From the human T2T-CHM13v2.0 reference genome, Homo sapiens: a DNA stretch of 64,000 nt. Numbering within the stretch: position 1 is the first letter of the stretch; every line of letters begins with the position of its first letter. The notes under the pieces were generated by a model. It saw nothing but the letters and a program-made list of their open reading frames with translations, was not told the origin of the DNA and searched no databases. The stretch lies in the NCBI RefSeq assembly GCF_009914755.1, contig NC_060928.1. One strand, given 5' to 3'. The translations under genes were made by a program, and so were the position numbers. This document shows positions 59,260-64,000 of the stretch, in pieces.

Positions 59260-62200
59260 ACAACTAAACAAAATAAAAGTCAATGACTTTCCTTGGACTG
59301 ATCAACAAACCGAGCTCACAGGACCAACTACCACCCAGAACTTTGGAGCAACAGGCTAATCCAGAGAGTCACAGCTGACATCAGCTTAGTTAGAACAGAA
59401 GCCACTAGGAGGAACACTTAAATACTGATTTTGTGTAATAATAATTTTGACAAATTGCTGGAGGCTGAGTGGCACTGGCATGATTCAAAAACTCCTAGGG
59501 CATCATTCTTCAGGGCCCTCAACATTTTTGTGGTTTTAACCTTGAGGAATCCCACTAGGGGTTTTGTAGTAAAGCACTGAGAAATATCATCCTAAGGATT
59601 TTGATTGGGAGAGGAACAGTAATCATTATGAAATAGGACCAGAGAGTGCTTCATATAAAATCCCTACACTTAAGGAGTAAAGGCCTTATCAGAGCATTAT
59701 TCTACCTGTGTGAAAGGCAACTCTTGTACCCTAGCTCCTACTTTTTGTTTCACTTACGGGGTGGGGGAAGGACTGAGAAAGCTCCATAAAGGTAAAGGAC
59801 AGGCCCATTACAAAAAAAAATTTAATTAAATTTTAAGATTATAGAAAAAGTATTCTCCTCTCTACATTAATACCAAATAAACAGACTTCAGCATAATAGC
59901 AATAGATTACAGCTGAAAGGGGTTCATGGTGCATAATATTTAAGAAGAAATACTTAGAGAAACTCAAAGTCAACAGATGAGACAAAAATTATACTACAGA
60001 AATTTGAAATCTCTGTTATGTATAGCTATAGCAAACTTTAAATACAGCCTAACATCTAGCCAGAATAACATAAAACTTTACACTAAAGACAAATTTACCA
60101 CCATTCCTGTCACTCAATAATCATGTCCAGCTCTTAACAAAAACTTACAAAACATGCTAAAAAAAACAAGTGAAAATCACAGTCTGAAAACGTAGAGCAA
60201 ACATCAAAACCAGATTCATATATGGTGCAAATGCTGTAATTCAGGAGTTTAAGGTAAACCTGATTAATATGTTAAAGGCTTTAATGGAAAAGGTAGACAA
60301 CATGCAAGAATACATGGGTAATATAAAGAGAGAGATGCAAGAATCAAAAGGAAATGCAAAAACAGTAAAAAAAAAGTCTTTGATATGTTCATTAACTTAC
60401 TAGAAACTGATGAAGAAATAATTACTAAGCTTGAACATAGGTTGACAGAAATTTACCAAACTGAAATCTAAAAGACAAAAGAATGACCAAAATAAAAACT
60501 GTAATAGAACTTCAGGAAAATTTCAAAATGTGTAATAGATACATAATTGTAATACTAGAGAAGAAGAAAGATGTGGTAGAAATATTTGTATTAGTAATAG
60601 CCAGTAAATTTCCAAATTAATAAAGGACAAGAAGGTACTGTAAGTTCAGAGAACACTGTACAAAATAATTGCCCAAAAAGCCACATGTTGGCATGTCATA
60701 TTTAAATTACTGAATACCAAAGACAGGAAAGTATTTTAAAAAATAATAAAGAAAAAGATACAGCATAACTTTAGAGAAAAAAGATAAGAATTATGATTAA
60801 GTTCTTATTAGTTACCACACAAAAAATTAGGAAGTAGAGCAGAATATTTTAAATGTTTTTAAAAAGCCTAAATTATATATACAGTAAAATAATTCTTGAA
60901 AAATAAAGAAAAAACTTCTCAGGCAAACAAAAGTTAAGGAAATCTATAGAAAGCCTACTTGCCCTGAAAAAAAAAATGTTAAAAGAAGTTCTTCAGGGAG
61001 AAGAAAGATTATATTGGTTAGCAACTCTAATCTCCAAAAAGAAATAAAGAACATTACAGAAGAAATACATAAAAGCAAATTTTTTTCTTAACTGGTTTAA
61101 ATGATATTTTCTTGTTTAAACAATAGTAGTAACAATGTATACAGAAAAAAATTAATGATAATAATTTTATAAAAAATGGAAGGGAGAAATTGGGAATATT
61201 CTGTTATAATGTACTCGTGCCCAGATGAAGAGGTGTACTGTTATTTGAAAGTAAACTTAAAGTATTTAATAATAAATATCGTCGACACTAGGGCAACCTG
61301 TAAACTTTTCAAATGCATGGTTGAGATGTAAGACAGAAGACAAAAGGTAACATAAAATGTCCAATTAAAGCTAAGGGAAAAAGCTAACAGAAATAAAAAT
61401 GCGCAAATAGAAAATATGACCAATATGACAGATATTAACCTAACTAAATCAATGATAACATTTAATGTGAATTATCTAAATACATCAATTAAAAGACAGA
61501 GACTATCACAGTGGATATAATAACAAGGCCCAACTATATGTTGTCTATTTGACATTCACTCTATAGATAAAGATTCAGATAGGTTAAAATAAAGGGATGC
61601 AGAAAGATATATGATGTTAACCCTAAGTAAAAGAAAAGTGGAGTGACATATTAATTTCAGACAAAACAGACTTCAGATCAAGAAAATTTATGAGACAAAG
61701 AGATACATTATATATTGATAACATGGTTATCCCAAAAAAGACTAACAACCCTAAACATGCATACAACTAAAAAGGGACCATAAAAATATATGCATCAAAA
61801 ACTCACAGGATGACATCAAACAATAGACAAATCCACTATTTGGGTAGTTCAACTCCAATCTTTCATTAATTGATAAACCAAGAAGGCAGAAAATCAATAA
61901 GGATAAAGCTGATCTCAATACCAGCCACCTTGATCTAATGACATTTACAGAATACTTTAATCCAACAACAGCAGTATACTCATTCTTCTTAAGGTTTCAT
62001 GGAATAGTCACCAAAAAATATAAATATGAATAGTCTGGAAAATGAACTTTAAAATTTTAAAAGTACAAAAAACATACAAAGAATATTACCAGAAAAAATG
62101 GGATTAGACTAGAAAACAATAACAGAAAGATGGCTGAAAAATCCCCAAATATATGCAGATTAAAAAAGTCACGGGTAAACATAGGTAAATGAAGAGGTTT

Positions 62201-63815
62201 CAAGAGAAAGTTTAAACATATTCAAACTAAATGAAAATGAAAATATAACTTGTTAAGTTTGTGTCATGCAATGGAAACAGTGCTTAAAGTGAAATTTATA
62301 GCATTAAATGCCCATGTTAGAAAGGAAGATTTAAAATAGAAAAACTAAATTTTATATATAGGAAGCAAGAACAAGATAAACAATATAAACTACAAGTGTA
62401 AGTGATTAAAATTGGAACAGAAATTAACAACATTGAAAACAGGAAAACAATAGAGAAAAATCATAACAAACAAACAAACAAAAGAATAATTAAATAGATT
62501 AACACCTATCCAGGCTCACCAAGAAAGAAAGAGAGAAGACACAAAGTACTAATACGAAAGAGAGGCCATCACTACTGAGGGACATTAATGTTTCAAGAGA
62601 ATTTAAAAGTTTCTAAAGGAACAATAACAATGCTATGTTCACAAATTTGATATCTTAGATGAAATGGACACATTCTTTAAAAGATATGGACTACCAATAC
62701 TCACACAAAAAATATATATAATATGAATAGTTCTATATACATTAAAGAAATTGAATCAATAATGAGTACCATTCCAAAAACAGAAATATCATATCCAGAT
62801 GGTTTCATTGATGAATTCTACCATCCATTTGTGGAAGGAATAATGTCAATTCTTCACAATTACCTTTAGAAATTCAAAGCAGAGCAAACATTTTCTAACT
62901 TATTCTGTGAGATCAACATTATCCTAATACCAAAACCAGTTAAAGACATTACAAGAAAGGAAAACTGCTGACCAATATCTCTCATGAACATAGATGCAAA
63001 ATCCTCAGCAGAATATTAGCAAATAAAATCCCACAATGTATAAATCATGACCAAATGAGATTTATAACAGGTATGTAAGACTAGGTTGACATTTACAAAG
63101 TCAATATAATACCACACAACAATAAACTAGAAACGTCAAATGATTATATCAATTGATGCAGGAGAAGTATATGATAAACTCTAACACCCATTCATGATAA
63201 AAATACCCCATTTAGCCTGATGTGAATATTATGCATTTCATGCCTGTATCAAAATATCTCATGTACCCATATATATATATACATACATGTATATATATAC
63301 CTACTATGTACACACAAAAATTAAAAATTAATTTTGATAGTTACTTATAATGTTAGTGTTTCTAACATTTCTACTCTTGTAAACAAACTAGGAGTAGAAG
63401 AGAACTTTCTCACTTTGAGAAAATATCTACAAAAAACTACAGCTAACATTATGTTTAATAGTGAAAACCCGGACATTTTCCCCTAAGATAAGGAACAATG
63501 AATGGATGTTCTCTCTCACCACTCCTATTGAATATCATATTGGAATTCCTAGCTAGTGCAATAAGAAAAGAAGAGAAAATTAAAACATATACAGATTGGG
63601 GTAGAAGAATTAAACTGTTTGCAAATGTCATGATTATTTATGTAAAATCCAAAAGTCTGTCACAAATACTCCTCGAACTAATAACTAGTGTATTGAGGTA
63701 ACATGATGAAAGTTACCTATAAAAATCAGTTGATGCCCCATATTCTAGCAGTAATGAGAATTTAAAATTTTAGGAAATATCCAACATCCAATATCATTTA
63801 AAATAGTAACAACAG
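59260..63815 (+). mobile_element. Ancient L1M (L1MD/MC-type) 5'UTR-ORF1-ORF2 relic
   Basis: Degenerate ORF1, then ORF2 EN start (ACATTTAATGTGAAT..AATTAAAAGACAGAGA) and RT-region motifs (CCAATATCTCTCATGAACATAGATGCAAAATCCTC; track ORF SLSPLLLNIILEFLA..LFANVMIIY). Confidence 0.8.
63204..63330 (+). mobile_element. Short L1MA-type 3' end inserted in the older L1M
   Basis: TACCCCATTTAGCCTGATGTGA..ATGCCTGTATCAAAATATCTCATGTACCC..ACCTACTATGTACACACAAAAATTAAAAA. Confidence 0.8.
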
Positions 63816-64000
63816 GGCCGGGCGCGGTGGCTCACGCCTGTAATCCCAGCACTTTGGAAGGCCGAGGCGGGTGGATCATGAGGTCAGGAGATCGAGACCA
63901 TCCTGGCTAACAAGGTGAAACCCCGTCTCTACTAAAAATACAAAAAAAAAAATTAGCCGGGCGCGGTGGCGGGCGCCTGTAGTCCCAGCTACTCGGGAGG
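63816..64000 (+). mobile_element. AluYb8 (human-specific), cut by the window end
   Basis: Yb8 diagnostics GGGTGGATCATGAGG, GCTAACAAGGTG and GCCGGGCGCGGTGGCGGG. CpGs intact. Preceded by TT/AAAATAGTAACAACAG (EN site and likely TSD). Confidence 0.92.

Noticed and set aside
62590-62601. 12-nt match GTTTCAAGAGAA to 62197-62208 as a templated insertion
   Set aside because: Too short, and within very diverged A-rich L1M, to separate from chance.

Overview
Human genomic DNA: it carries human-specific L1HS and AluYb8 sequence. It is AT-rich and repeat-dominated, like a gene desert or large intron. I can support no host protein-coding exon, tRNA, rRNA or CRISPR feature. The ORFs in the track are L1-, Alu- or LTR-derived, low-complexity translations, or chance frames. 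Main content: a young L1HS fragment with an abrupt junction (1-176); nine Alu copies plus FLAM/FRAM monomers; MaLR, ERV1 and ERVL solo LTRs; Tc1/mariner DNA transposons (MER2, MER6A with a nested MADE1, MER44); ancient L1M, L2 and MIR relics; a 1.6-kb compound AT-rich minisatellite; two near-full-length L1PA elements head-to-head (44.5-56.6 kb); and an AluYb8 at the right edge. I found no new multi-gene system. The most interesting signals are DNA repair and duplication scars readable from the sequence: a double snap-back junction, locally templated copies, an empty TSD-like duplication and an in-frame L1 deletion. The L1 pair also has an intact, extended ORF0 and an endonuclease-only ORF. Subfamily calls come from remembered consensus features and need RepeatMasker/Dfam confirmation.
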